64,000 nucleotides of DNA from Styela clava (GCF_964204865.1 NC_135258.1:12524001-12588000), one strand, 5' to 3'; counted from the first letter of the stretch, positions 38,701-51,228 are shown. The notes: generated by a model not told the origin, from the letters alone. Program-made: numbers and translations.

Positions 38701-39673
38701 TTAAGGGTATGAAGATACATCATGCTGTGTTGGAACCCACAACTACAATTTATGATATCGCAACAAAAATAAAGGTATGGAATGTCACCAATGTTGAAAC
38801 TAAAGTCACACATCCAAATGCCTATATTATATATTTTTTTACTCAATCTTCGGAATTTAACTCATCTGAGGGGTTTAATACACTTTTTATGCAAAGGCTT
38901 CTTCTAATACCCATAATATCCCTACAACATCATTTCGTCAAAAAACATTCAGGATCAGGGGATCAAAACCATTCTTGGTTTGAGCTTAACTTAACTAAGA
39001 GTGTCAGTACATCATGAATGTAAATGATCCTTTCGAACATGATAATCCTCCTTGGGATTCGAAAGTTACTCGCAAGAATTGTTCTAGTCCTAAATAGGGT
39101 TGTGGAATCCGATAAAATTTCGAACTCTCGGTTAAGAAAAACTTCAGTTTAATGCAACATGTTTTTTAACATATTTTGGTACTCATGTAGTATGTAAACC
39201 AAGGTACAAATACTACGGGAATCACTTGACTAGTCCCCCAACTCGTAATAGAACTAAAATAAGGAAAATTCGAATAAAATTATGTCCTAACCCGAACCTG
39301 GTATACATACTGCGTTTTGGTGTCCGCCATCTTGGTGGACATATTATGGGAGTGCCCATATTATGTAATTTTGACTACGGTGAATTTTCAACTTCGAGGA
39401 ATTTGAAAATATGAATCCAGGATACTTTGCAAAATAAAGACAAGCATCGTTATATGTCAACAGGCAATTCCAGATGGACCAATAGGAATTGAAGCAATCA
39501 ATAAAGGTGGCGTTTTAGTAAATGGTATCGCAATGCAGAATTCGCAACAAATTCTTCTGTGTGATTTCCATGTCTTAAAAAATGATCTGTCTCTGATAAC
39601 TGTTGGTAAAAAGAATCATCATATTGTACGTTGGAGAGTCCCAGATGATATGTATCAAGTATCAGCAAAATGA
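32716..39673 (+). CDS. YARS2: Mitochondrial tyrosyl-tRNA synthetase, 7 exons
   Basis: Exons 32716-33013, 33490-33783, 34630-34810, 36222-36389, 37094-37250, 38627-38774 and 39464-39673. Motifs [59 protein letters not shown] and GKKNHHIV; basic N-terminal presequence. Confidence 0.95.
37741..38165. mobile_element. hAT-type MITE in YARS2 intron 5
   Basis: CAGGGGTCGGCAACC ... TGCCGACCTG; 8-bp TSD CCGTAGGC on both sides. Confidence 0.8.
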
Positions 39674-40129
39674 AAAGGTATACGACTTGTATTTATAAAG
39701 ATATAAAGTAACAGAAAATTAAAATATATTTATTTTATTTTTAAGGATATATAAATTATGGATTTGTGCCTTGTAGATTAACCAATAAAATAAAATGTGA
39801 AATTGTCTAATACAAAACTTCTGCATTTGATAGAAATAGGTAGCCTTGGCACATAACATCTTTCACCTATAAATGCGGAAACAACTAATAAAAGTTGAAC
39901 GTGATAAAACTGTCCTTATGTCATCATTCATAGCATTAGTTAAAAATAATATTTCATCAATATTGAAATTTGTTTAAAGTATCCAATTCTTGGTTGGAAG
40001 TGTAAGCGTGGTCATGGTTTACAAATCGCTTTGTATGTAATATACTGTTAAATTTTATCTGTTCGTGTTATGCAGAGGATTCACTTTGGAATGGCACTTT
40101 CGAATTTTCCCTATTTCCACGTTAATGCT

Positions 40130-43100
40130 TCATTCTGTATCTTCCAGCTCAATCCACTTTGGACCTTCATCTGCTCGAACAGGTTTCTTTTTGCCATGCA
40201 ACGAAGGAGCGACAGCATAATTGAACCAGCTTGGAACTTCATCGCTGCTGTATTCAAGTTTTTCCAATTTCGACCGGAATTTGTGAGCCATAGCCCTGGC
40301 AGAAATAAACAATCATACTGTATTGTCATCATTCCTGCTGGGCGCAACATTTTAAACCTCAGCTTTCGCAAATAGTTAATTTTAGTTGTTATGACCGCTC
40401 TTTCAAAAGTCTGGAATTTTTCTAGTTGCGCTTTGGTTATGATTGAAAACAGTGAAAATATCAACAATTATTCATGCCCGGATTACATGAAATATATTGA
40501 TTGTTTGTACTTACTTTGTCACACTTTTACAATACAGCATTATCAAAACTCGAAGTTGTGCACATCCTTTTCTTAAATATTTAAGTGCTCTGTCACTGAT
40601 GTGGATACAGCCTGATATGTTGAGGATATGAATGTAATGACAAACGCCAGACAAGTATTGAATGCTTAGATCGGTAAACTGAAAATAAATAAGAACTTTA
40701 GTATGGTGTTTATAAGCATCTTTGTGATATCGAAAAAGTACCACCATCATGAAAAATGTGACTGTGCATCTGCACAGAGTTGAAACAAACTTATCATTTT
40801 CGTGCATTTTTTTAAAAAACTTTGGGAGATATTTTGGTTACTCCCGTAGTATGTGTACCAGGTTAAGGTTAGGCCATAATTTTATTCTGATTTTCCTTAT
40901 TTTAGTTCTATTACGAGTTCGGGGACTGTCTGTTTAAGCCAAGTGAATATACCCCCTGCTCATAAGTTTCAGTCCCTTTAATTTATTTTGTATATTTGAT
41001 GTAAAGTAGACGACCAAAAATAGTTACCTCCATGTTGGTACACATACTTCTGGAGCGCCCAATTTATTCATTTAGGTTAGGGACGTTTGAAGCTAATAAG
41101 AACATTGACAATTTGTATTATCTATGAAACCTACCAATGGGCATCCAGAAAGATTTAAGCTTGTCAGCATTCTGCAGCAGAAAGCGAGATTTTTGATTGC
41201 TGTATCGGTGAGAGTCATGCAATGGGAAACATCAAGTTCTTCCAATTCTTTTACTTGTTGACAAAATTTTTGTAAACCAAGATCAGTGATGGATGAACAT
41301 TCTGATATTACTATCGACTTCAATCTACTGTTGGTTCCGAGTGCAGTAAGACCCTGGGTAAAAGGGAATTTGTCAATCTGGAAGCCGATGGCAGGTTATG
41401 CAGCATCTTGTTCTGCCAGTACAGTTTGGGGGTTCCGCAAGTTTCCATTCAAATGCGAGAGTCAATATATGTATATTGTAAGAATATAGTCAAATTAGTT
41501 TTACTAATGCTGAAAAATTTGTAGATCATCAGGTTCGCTTTTATACATATGAAACAATACAGGCAAGCTAATGCACAATGGTTCCTCACCAAAAGCCAAA
41601 TCGGTAATTGCCAAATATGTTCCGCAGTTGGGTTTTATCTTTTCAGTATACTTTTGCATCCATGAATAAAGTGAAATACCTTCTAGTGTGTGCGGATTTA
41701 TTAATTCTGTAAGCTATGACTAATTTCAATTTTCTAAATTGAATTTTCTTTTCTCAAACTGGCAACTGTAGGTTTGTGAAAAAAGTTCACTAGGAAAGTC
41801 TCACCTGGTCTTGAATGTTTGTGCCAGACAGGTCGACATGCGTTAATGAAACCATGTTCCCAAGCAATTCAATTCCAGCATCTGTTACATGCTCACAGAA
41901 ACATAGTGATAAGTGAGTTAATCCATGGCATCTGAAAATATTGGATACTCAATTGAGCTTTCCTGGGTTAAGTCATAGTCAATTTTATTTTTTCCAACCA
42001 GCAAAAAAATAACATACAAAATCAAAAAATAAACAAAATTTAACACACATTTTTACTGGGGAAGGGAAGCCGCGGGGAACCAAATTTGGTTATCGAGCAG
42101 CGACACCCAAGTTAAGTTCTTTGAGTCATCAGATCTTAGAATATTTATAGTGATTTAGTTGAGAATGATATGCTCTGCCGTGTTGGAAACACATAATCAG
42201 ACTTTTAATATTAGCTCTCATTTGCAAGATAACTTTTATAGTTATTCGGATTATGATGTCATTAACGAAGTCTCAATCAGATGGAACCATATTCTGAAAT
42301 TACCATGTGTTACTTGTTGTTGTTGTCAATTACAAAGACTATAGAGTGCAAGTGAATTGGCATTATAGTTTTAATTATTGTAGTGGATTCTTGTACTGAG
42401 CCTTGTTTGAATTGAAAGCATATGATATGGCGAAAAGATAAGCATATGCCATTACCTTTGTGCTATTCTCAGTAGAGAGACATCACTAACTCTCACACAA
42501 TTTGTGAGATTCATTTCTCGAATCTTCGGTCCAGAAGGACCTTCCACTAGCTGTCTCACTCCTGAGTCGCTGATTCTCACACAATCCGCAACATTGATGA
42601 CAATGATGTTTCTTAACGAAGCAAGTGCTTTCAACATCATGTCTGTGATTCTCTGACAATCCACGACATAACTAAATAGAAAAGAGAATAAAATTACAAT
42701 TACCACAAAACAAAGGCAGCTGTTTTGAACATGGCGCAAAACAAGCAGGCACTCAGATATACAATTCTATTGGATTTCACATTTTCATTTGTGCTGTATC
42801 AGACATAATATTCTTGAACATTTGGATTCCTTGAAACTAATTATTTGAGTTTCTCATGACCTGCTTAACAATGTTGTCAAAATCTGATTTGTTGTTTGTA
42901 ACAATTGCATCTATTCAAGTTTCAATATTTTTCTATACCTAGATTGGTCACCATTAAAGTATTTTTTTTTAATTCTCTTATTGATGAAACGATAATCAAA
43001 TTTTATAAACACGAATTAACAACAAGTAACATGTTTTTTTTCCTATTTCAATGATGCTTACATGTGGCCAAGCATTGGGCATAGCTTTCCGAATGTCTTA

Positions 43101-46100
43101 AACGTGTTATCTGAAATCTTTTGGTTTCCTTCGATTCGAACTTTCTGCAGTCTCTTCCCTTGTGCTAGAGCTTTGAACGAAGAATCAGAAAGATTTGGGG
43201 ATCCAATAAGATATAATCCCTTGATATTCAGGCATTTCTCTGCAATATTCTAAGAAAAAACGAAATAAAATAATTTATTACTGTATTTTAAAGTTTGTAT
43301 GATTTGAAAACATATCTTCTTGCAAGTCATCTCGAAGATATACAGCCTTCAGAAGCTGCAAATCCCAAGTGTGCATTGCTATTATTGAACATTAATAAAT
43401 TGATAACCATTTTGTCATAGTACGGTAATTTAGTTGGTGTGGGTATGGCTTACATGTAACAAGTCGATTTAGTCATATTTGCATTAGAAATCATGGATAT
43501 TGATTTCTGGTCATCAAACTGCATCATCATTGTGTATTGAATCTACTATAGAGAGAGTAAATTAAAGACTGAATTCACATCTTAAGACAAATCTTACTGT
43601 TAGACAGCTATCAGTAAGAGTATGTAGATCATTCAGAAACAGTGATTGAAGACCATTGCATCCGTTAGATATATGCTTGAATCCCTGAGGAGTTATTTGT
43701 GTGCAGCCAGACAGGTCAAGATAAGTCAGTTTCTTACATCCTTTCCCAGTAGCCAGATAGTACAAGCCTCTATAGCAAAGAAATGTTCCACTTCAAATCA
43801 TTGTCCAACAATTTATGTTAAAAAAAAAACTTAACTGTTTAAAAATTGAAATTTTTCTCTCTCTTCGGATAATTATATCTTATATATGTTTCAGCCATGA
43901 TTATGGACTTTTCTTCAAATTAATTTCTAGCATACCTCTAGTTAATCCAATATTAACTGTTATACAATATATACTTATTGTCCTTTTTATGAGTTGCTTT
44001 TGCTACAAATATAGCAAGTTACTTGATGGAATCAATTTTTTTTTATATTTCAACATGGTGTCATAAATAACACCCTGCATGAGGTAAAAGGCTCATGATA
44101 TATAGACAGCAATACCTATCTGTAAACTTGTTACAATATGCCAGACTCAAGTATTGCATGTTCAGACAACATCTTGCCAATGTACGCAATGTGCCATCGG
44201 TTATTTCAGTGTACGAGAGATTGAGATACAGAAGCACTGGACATCCTTCAGCAATTGCTCTTATAATTTCATCCTGTAGAAAAAATCATTATTCACACAA
44301 ATGTAGGTTAAAATTAAGGGCTCACACACTACTAAATAATATACAATGCATTACATTGACTCCTTTGCATTCTGAAATGTTTATATCCTGAAGATTTCTG
44401 CATTCAGCAATTGCTTTGAAGGCAGGCCAATGCACAGCAAAACATTGTCGAAGATTAAGATGTACAAGGTATGGACGACTCTTCTGTAAGCACTGAATAA
44501 TGGCTCTATCATTCACTCTGAAATCAAATATAAATAATGTTAAAAATGTTATCAATATACCTAGATTATACTTCCATATTGAAAAATGTCCCTCACCATA
44601 TTTAAAAAAAAAGATGTTTTAGGTTAGTACATTTTTGAAGGCAGCCAGCGTTAATTTCAAATTCAAAAATAGAGACCAATGAATGTCTCGCAACTGTGTC
44701 TTAAGACACCAACAATGTCCTGTAAAAGTATCCGCTTTTTATTTATTTATCAGGCAGACGAAGTTACACATTTTGAAACAAATATACATACCTGCATACT
44801 AAAACCTTAAAGTAATCACCTGAAGACAGCACCAATAGTCACCTAACTTGATGCTTGAGTGTAAATAAAAAGTATCTCACTTACTTATTTTTAATTCTAC
44901 TGAAGTTAAGATGACTCCATAATGAAGGTGCTCCAGTGATAACTTTCCATGCTCTACAAACTTTTGCACATCTACTAAGTTCAATCAAGTTCAGGTTACT
45001 GAATATTTGTATAGCACATCTTCGTGGAAGCAAAGACACTTCATCTCTAGTAGAAAAATTAATCTTTAAAATGTTGGCGTTGGCTTGAGTGTTTTTCTTT
45101 TTAAGTTAACACATTCAAACATTACCTAAATGTATCACTAGGCAGATCCTTGTCTCCAGTTTCGACACCGAATTCTTCATCCAATTCTCCACGTTCTAGA
45201 CGTTCAAAATATTCTCTAGTCTTACGTGCGTCTACAGCAACCGATCTCCAAGCTCGAAAAACAAGCCGACAAACTGATTCATTCCAAACTTTTGAAATCA
45301 TATCAAAACCACCTAAAAAATTTTTTAAAATAATATAGAACTACAAAATAGTAAAGCTCCAATATATGGTTACCGCGAGAAAAAAGCCAGTATCTAGATA
45401 AAATCCTCAAAGTAAAAGTCATTGCTTTTAATTATGAATCCTATGGATAGATTTGCCGAAATTTTTCCCAGTAATTGGGCTATTTTATTTCAGTTGGATA
45501 AAAATAGATATATTTTACTATTTTGTCTCTTTTTCACGTAACATTTCCAAGTATGCCATTTAGAAAATGATATTCTCATCATTCTTGTCCTGTGGTATCT
45601 GAAATAAAGTTCTAAAATCTTGATATTGAAAAAAAAACAGTTTAAAGTAAACCAAATACTAATATAAAAAATAATATCTGTTGTTTATTTTTCATGTATA
45701 AATGGCAAGTTTAGGCTTCAAATTACACATGACTGTCCTTAAAATAATTTAAATACAGCATTTGGCTCGATAATTCAAGTATGTCCAAAGTTGTACATAC
45801 TGTCTGGCTTCTTTGACTTTATTTCGAATCATATTTCGATGATTTTTCTTGTCCAAGTAGTATTTAAGCCATCCTTTGAAACATATCTTTTGTAATCTGC
45901 CATAATAATGGCTATAGGCTGCTTTCAGCATATCTGGTGATGGCTAAAATTATGAATTGCACTGTTAGTTGACGTTTCACTTTGAATAAAAGAAGAAGAA
46001 ATATTTTAAAAAAATTTACGGTTAACTTGTCATAAAACTTGAAAATCTCATCCAAGTAACTTTCTGCCATTTGTTTTATCTTTGGCTGACATTCAAATGG

Positions 46101-46819
46101 AACGAACATATCCCTGAAATGAAGAGCAAAAGTTAGTGGTCAAAAACGCAATGTTAAATGAAGATTTAACATCATATGCAAACTTATTTTGATGCAGGTC
46201 CTACCATTACATACAAATTATAATCCTTCACCTACCATGTCATTGTATCCAGACCTTGATCGCGTATTTTTTTAATGCTTTCAACAACCCATTTGTAAGG
46301 ATCCTCTGGACATGCTATCATCAAACCAGTAAGGATACACTGCGAAAAATGAAAGGTTTGTAATAAAATTACAATCATTAAATATCTAAACTAGTATTAC
46401 AGCATTGAAGGATAGGATAGGATTTACATATTCATCCAGGGGGTGAAAAAAACCGATAAGACGACTCAATCATATGGCGAACCACGACCTACGGAGATGC
46501 CGTGGTGAGCGTATTCCTAACGCTTAGCACGATGAGCCACACCGCCGAGCACAATAGGAATGCTATTGACTGGGTGATTAGCGCAGATTCTGAGTGTTTG
46601 GAACTAGGGTACTTTTCATTATTTATTTACTTTATATTAGCAAAACTGGGCTGTATTTTTAGCAGTATTTTTATCTTTGTTGCAACCTGAGAAAAAATAT
46701 GAAAAAAAATCCTAAATCTGAAAATTGTGTAGTATTGTTATCACCTCATATACTTCGGGAAGTTGGTGTACTTTAAGATATTCTTTTAGTGCGGGATCGA
46801 TCCCTTGAAGTGACGCCAT
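40130..46819 (-). CDS. FBXL13: F-box and leucine-rich repeat protein 13 / dynein regulatory complex subunit 6, about 16 exons
   Basis: Start MASLQGIDPALKEYLKVHQLPEVYE; ILTGLMIACPEDPYKWV; F-box exon (SLLPRRCAIQIFSNLNLIELSRCAKVCRAWKVIT); many LRR exons (YLDLSGCTQIT, REMNLTNCVRVSDVSL, LDVSHCMTLTD, LNISGCIHISD); final exon ends WIELEDTE-stop at 40130. Not every exon boundary was resolved. Confidence 0.9.
40837..41060. mobile_element. MITE family A relative in an FBXL13 intron
   Basis: GGTTACTCCCGTAGTATGTGTACCAGGTTAAGGTTAGG ... GGTACACATACTTCTGGAGCGCC; inverse of 2579-2772. Confidence 0.65.
46410..46546 (-). mobile_element. Short tRNA-derived SINE (internally deleted) in FBXL13 intron 1
   Basis: The minus strand begins GGCGGTGTGGCTCATCGTGCTAAGCG (A-box-like), contains GGTTCG, and ends ATATGTAAATCCTATCCTATCC. 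The same tail occurs at about 56310-56328. Confidence 0.55.
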
Positions 46820-46921
46820 TGCCTTTATTTCGCACCAAGAGAAACTTAGTAGATATAGACTAGCAAAATCATTTACAGAAAAAGAAATCAGAACGTCTCG
46901 CGGGAATTTTGCTGCTTCACC

Positions 46922-46935
46922 GTCTCCTTAGAAAC
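46922..46935. promoter_or_regulatory. Candidate RFX X-box upstream of FBXL13
   Basis: GTCTCC-TT-AGAAAC fits the GTYNCC-NN-RGNAAC X-box pattern, about 100 bp upstream of the ATG of a motile-cilia gene. Confidence 0.45.
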
Positions 46936-47329
46936 ATATCAGGTCAGCGTCGCGGGTCACTGATTCTTTCGCGTGACTAAATATGGTCCCAAATATTTTG
47001 TTTTTCTCCAAACAATCCCGCTGTATATTTATATTTAATCCTCTAAAACTTAACTCACTCTCTGCTATGACACGTTGCTGTAATGATTGCTAAAAGAATA
47101 AAATAACCATTCATAGTCGTTTGCGGCGCAGTGTATTCATTGCTTATTTATAGCCACAGAGAATGATGGCCCTGTATATTATAGCGATTACCCCGTGCAA
47201 GATTTTCATTTTACATGTGGTTAGTACAAAGAGTTAGTACAAACTATTTTGGACATAATCATAGTTCGTCTGTTTGATTTTTACTCGTTGAAGATGAAAT
47301 TGAAATAAAATCTAACCATCAACTGTCGT

Positions 47330-47665
47330 CCGATGGCAGTTTGGATAGGATTTTCATATTTATGGGAATAGTTGAACAATTCAGAGTTCCAGATGCGTGG
47401 AAAATCGTAATAAATGTTCATTTTTATATCCCGTTTCTGTACATGTTTAACTGTAATTTATGACATATTTTACACTTTTATTTGTGCATCATTCACTAAT
47501 TTCTTTATCTTATTTATATTTTATGTACCGGTAATCCATTCGCATTTACCCTGGTACTATATTATGCCATGATGTGCTTATATATAGCATAAACACAAGG
47601 GTCGGGAGCCTAGATGAACCCAACCGGTCCTGCACACCGACTCGCACAAAACAATAATCAATCAC
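47330..47665 (+). mobile_element. Possible degenerate 3' end of an L2/CR1-type LINE
   Basis: Residual FRVPDAWK peptide, T-rich UTR, GC-rich terminal hairpin region and AATAATCAATCA tail. Confidence 0.3.
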
Positions 47666-48351
47666 TGTTATTACTGCTGAAATATTTTCTTTAATATATT
47701 ATGTTTATATTAGTGTTGATTTTGTTTTTGCGGCAATGATTCTCTCTCTTTATTTCTATTTTATTCGAAAAGTACATTTTTACTTCTATCCAAGTGCATT
47801 TTCACTCTTTAAACAACATAACAGGACAGAAATTTGTTTTATTTTTGTTAAGTAGGTTTCGGCACAAGTGCACAAACCAATCATTCCTGCATAAACATTG
47901 GCAAATTTGACGCGAGACAAGGAACGCATGACTCAGCCTAAAAGGTTAAGGATAAAAATGTGATCGACTCCGATCACCGCTGCACTAAGAGGAAGTACCC
48001 GTCTTGACCGTTTTCTTCCCAGCAGATCAGCTGGTAACTTTTGTGTCAAGCGAGCTGTGCTAAATGGGGCAATTACGCCATGAATAACTCGTTCATAAGG
48101 CTTCACTTTAATCTGATTTCGAAGCACCAATTTAATGGCACATGATACAGTAATAGCACGAAGTTATTCAAACGTTAGTATTAATCATAAATCTGAAAGA
48201 ATTTTATTGCAACAGTAAATTACAATAATATTTTGAGTATGACATATTTTTTTCTTTTTGTTCAAGTAGTTCCTAAATGAGCATAGCGTTGTCAGGTTCT
48301 GTTCAATTAAATTTTGATATTTGGTACCGGTAGTGGTTGAAACATTTTACT

Positions 48352-48930
48352 ATGTCTGGTCGTAAAATTCAAAGTGATGCAACTGCAGTGCCAAAAATGT
48401 ATACTGGGGGAAAATCAACTAAACAATATGTTGAGGACACAGTAAGAGAAGCTATGGCTGAAGTTAATAGGGCAACAGGACATCTTGGAACTGTTAATCC
48501 TGGAAAAGTTTCATATAACACTTCAGGAGGTGGAAGTGCCATCAACCAATTCAATATTGTGGGAGGTACTATTGGTCAAGCGGCAATTGGTAACAGAGGT
48601 GACACTGTTTTCAACGAAGAGAAAAAAGTTTTCCAAAAAGGTGCCTCAAACACTAAATACAACATTAGTGGAGGAAATTTCAATCAAGCAAACATTGGTG
48701 GAACTTCTCACTACAATAACAAAGAGTGCGAAATTGGATCTGGTGGTGGTGGTAAAGGAGTTTCATTGTCAGCTGAAGATTTGACCCTAAGCATTTTGGA
48801 CAAAGGAGTTACAGCTGAGCAGTTTGTCTTGCTCCTTGAAAGGAAATATTCCTTGGCGAATATTGCTTTTGCGATGCCCAGTGATCCAGAACTCAAAAAT
48901 CGTATGGTTGATGCTCTTCTTGTGAAGTGA
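48352..48930 (+). CDS. Uncharacterised intronless 192-aa protein with G/N/Q-rich RHIM/amyloid-like repeats and a C-terminal helical region
   Basis: Clean ORF with coding-like composition in AT-rich DNA; first ATG at 48352; in-frame stop at 48331; AG acceptors at about 48266 and 48295. No family recognised. Confidence 0.75.
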   Translation: MSGRKIQSDATAVPKMYTGGKSTKQYVEDTVREAMAEVNRATGHLGTVNPGKVSYNTSGGGSAINQFNIVGGTIGQAAIGNRGDTVFNEEKKVFQKGASNTKYNISGGNFNQANIGGTSHYNNKECEIGSGGGGKGVSLSAEDLTLSILDKGVTAEQFVLLLERKYSLANIAFAMPSDPELKNRMVDALLVK

Positions 48931-50179
48931 TTACCAAATCAGACTTTCTCTTGTAAATAGTTATCATAGTTTTTTTTTCAAACATAAATCAAGCAATCGA
49001 ATGTGCTTTATCATCAACAATGTGTTTTTATTTTAAATGAAACTTCATGTTCATTTTAATTTAAATGTTTCAAATATAATTTTACTTTGTTTATGCATGT
49101 TTAGTGATACTGAACATCAATCTTTACCACATAAATAGGGTCATACTTCATGAGAGGATGATTTTGGATGTCATGAGAAAGATTATCTCTATAAATATGT
49201 ATAGTTTGCCAGCTGTCTTAACTCTATCAGTAATGATTGATTCTCTTTGGTCAGGGATATGCAAGGCCCGGTACACTTGGGTGTGCGGCAATTACGACTA
49301 TGGTTTTCATGGATATAAATTTCCATTGAAAATAATGTCATAATGACCCCGATTGCCACATTGTGCTTCTTATTATTATATAAATGTTAGCCTAGCTGTT
49401 GAACTAGCTTTTGTAAATAAACTGTTTTTTATTCATAGCTTTTCATATTAAGTTTTTGAGCCTCTGGCCCACTCAGAAAAGTAATTGCCCACCCCTGTCT
49501 TTAATGTTATCTAAAGAATGGCATCCAGTAAATGTCTAAGCTTGATTGTATGTAATGCACAGCTGAAGTCAATTGAGTACTATATTTTATTGTATCATGT
49601 ACAGAAAATTATTATGCAATGAATTTCTTGCATTAAATAAAGAACGAGTTGTAACAGAATGGAGAATTTGTTTTATATGAACTTTCATGAGTTTTTATTA
49701 TTGCTCTCATCTTTTATAATTGATCAATAATCTTGTATTTTTATGCATAGAATGATGTATTCAAAAGTATATGTTCCTGTCCTAAAAAAAAATCTCATCT
49801 CATCTATAATTGCTAAATTAAAATAATAAACTATTTCTAATATACAATATTTTCTACATTTATAATAGAGTGGAAAATTTGCATGGAATTGTTACAGCAC
49901 ATAACTTTATAAAGATATTTTTAACTGCTGCGCCTGTGGGCAATTTTACTATTGATTATGATATGTTGTAAAAAAGAATTATTATGGATTATTTTAAAAT
50001 TCTAGAAATAACCATATCAAACTAAGTAACTAACTAATACTGAATGTGTTTGAATATTCAATTTGTTATGGAATGAACATTTACTGTGGAATATGTAACT
50101 TGGTTGTCTATATACAATTTTTATTCATCTTTTTGTATTATAATTAGATTTAGAATACATAACACTATATACAATAGCA

Positions 50180-50956
50180 ATGTCTCACAAAAAACAGCAT
50201 CAACGGAGGAAAAACTTCAAAAACAAAAATAAATATGAAACGCCGCAACTTGCAATGGATGAAGAGGATTTACATGAACCAAGAGGCACGACGAGCAATT
50301 TTACAATAGCATGCCCCCTTGCAATGTGGGACCTGGGACACTGTGACCCGAAAAAATGTACAGGAAGAAAGCTTGCTCGTAAAGGAGCAGTTAGATTACT
50401 GAAATTACAACAAAGATTCGCTGGAGTAATATTAAGCCCGATGGCTACTGAATATATCAGTGCCGGAGATAAAGACAAAGTATTAGCTCATGGCATAGCT
50501 GTAATTGATTGTTCATGGGCAAGGTTGCAAGACACTCCATTTTCAAAAATGAAAGGAGGTCACTTGAGACTTTTACCATACTTGGTTGCAACGAATCCAA
50601 TAAATTATGGCAAGCCCTGTAGGTTGTCATGTGTGGAGGCATATGCAGCTACACTTTATATTGTTGGGCTTGAAGATAGTGCTAAATCTGTTTTGAAACC
50701 TTTTAAATGGGGTCCCAACTTTTTTACATTGAATGAGGAACTTTTGGAGTTATATCAGAGTTGTGAAAGTTCAAAAAGTATCGAGACAGCTGAACAAAAT
50801 TGGCTACAAAATGAAAGAGATGAACTTAATGCTAAAAGTGAAGAACGGGATCCTTTTGATATAGATTTAAGTGTTGAACACTGTAATCCCAACCATACAT
50901 CCCTGCCACCAGATGAAGATTCTGATTCTTCCTGTAATTCATCTGAAGAAGTTTGA
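50180..50956 (+). CDS. TSR3: 18S rRNA aminocarboxypropyltransferase TSR3, intronless CDS
   Basis: LAMWDLGHCDPKKCTGRKL, VIDCSWA, RLLPYLVATNPINYGKPCRLSCVEA and FKWGPNFFTLN; acidic tail. Confidence 0.97.
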   Translation: MSHKKQHQRRKNFKNKNKYETPQLAMDEEDLHEPRGTTSNFTIACPLAMWDLGHCDPKKCTGRKLARKGAVRLLKLQQRFAGVILSPMATEYISAGDKDKVLAHGIAVIDCSWARLQDTPFSKMKGGHLRLLPYLVATNPINYGKPCRLSCVEAYAATLYIVGLEDSAKSVLKPFKWGPNFFTLNEELLELYQSCESSKSIETAEQNWLQNERDELNAKSEERDPFDIDLSVEHCNPNHTSLPPDEDSDSSCNSSEEV

Positions 50957-51228
50957 TGTCTGAATAGATTCTATAGTAGCAGATTGTTAGGATAGCAAAT
51001 TTAGAATAAAAGTTCAAAATAATCATACTTTTTTTGATATAAAATGTTGTTTTGTCAATTTCAATACAATAAATCGTGCCAAGTTAGCGTCTTTGTTATT
51101 GCCTCTATGTGTAGTAGTTACGCTATACTCACACAATGAATCATACATTAAACTATTGCCTCTTAGTCATATAGCTATCTGCTAGTTTACCTGCAGACTG
51201 ACACTGAAACCAGGAAGTGTTATTTGAA

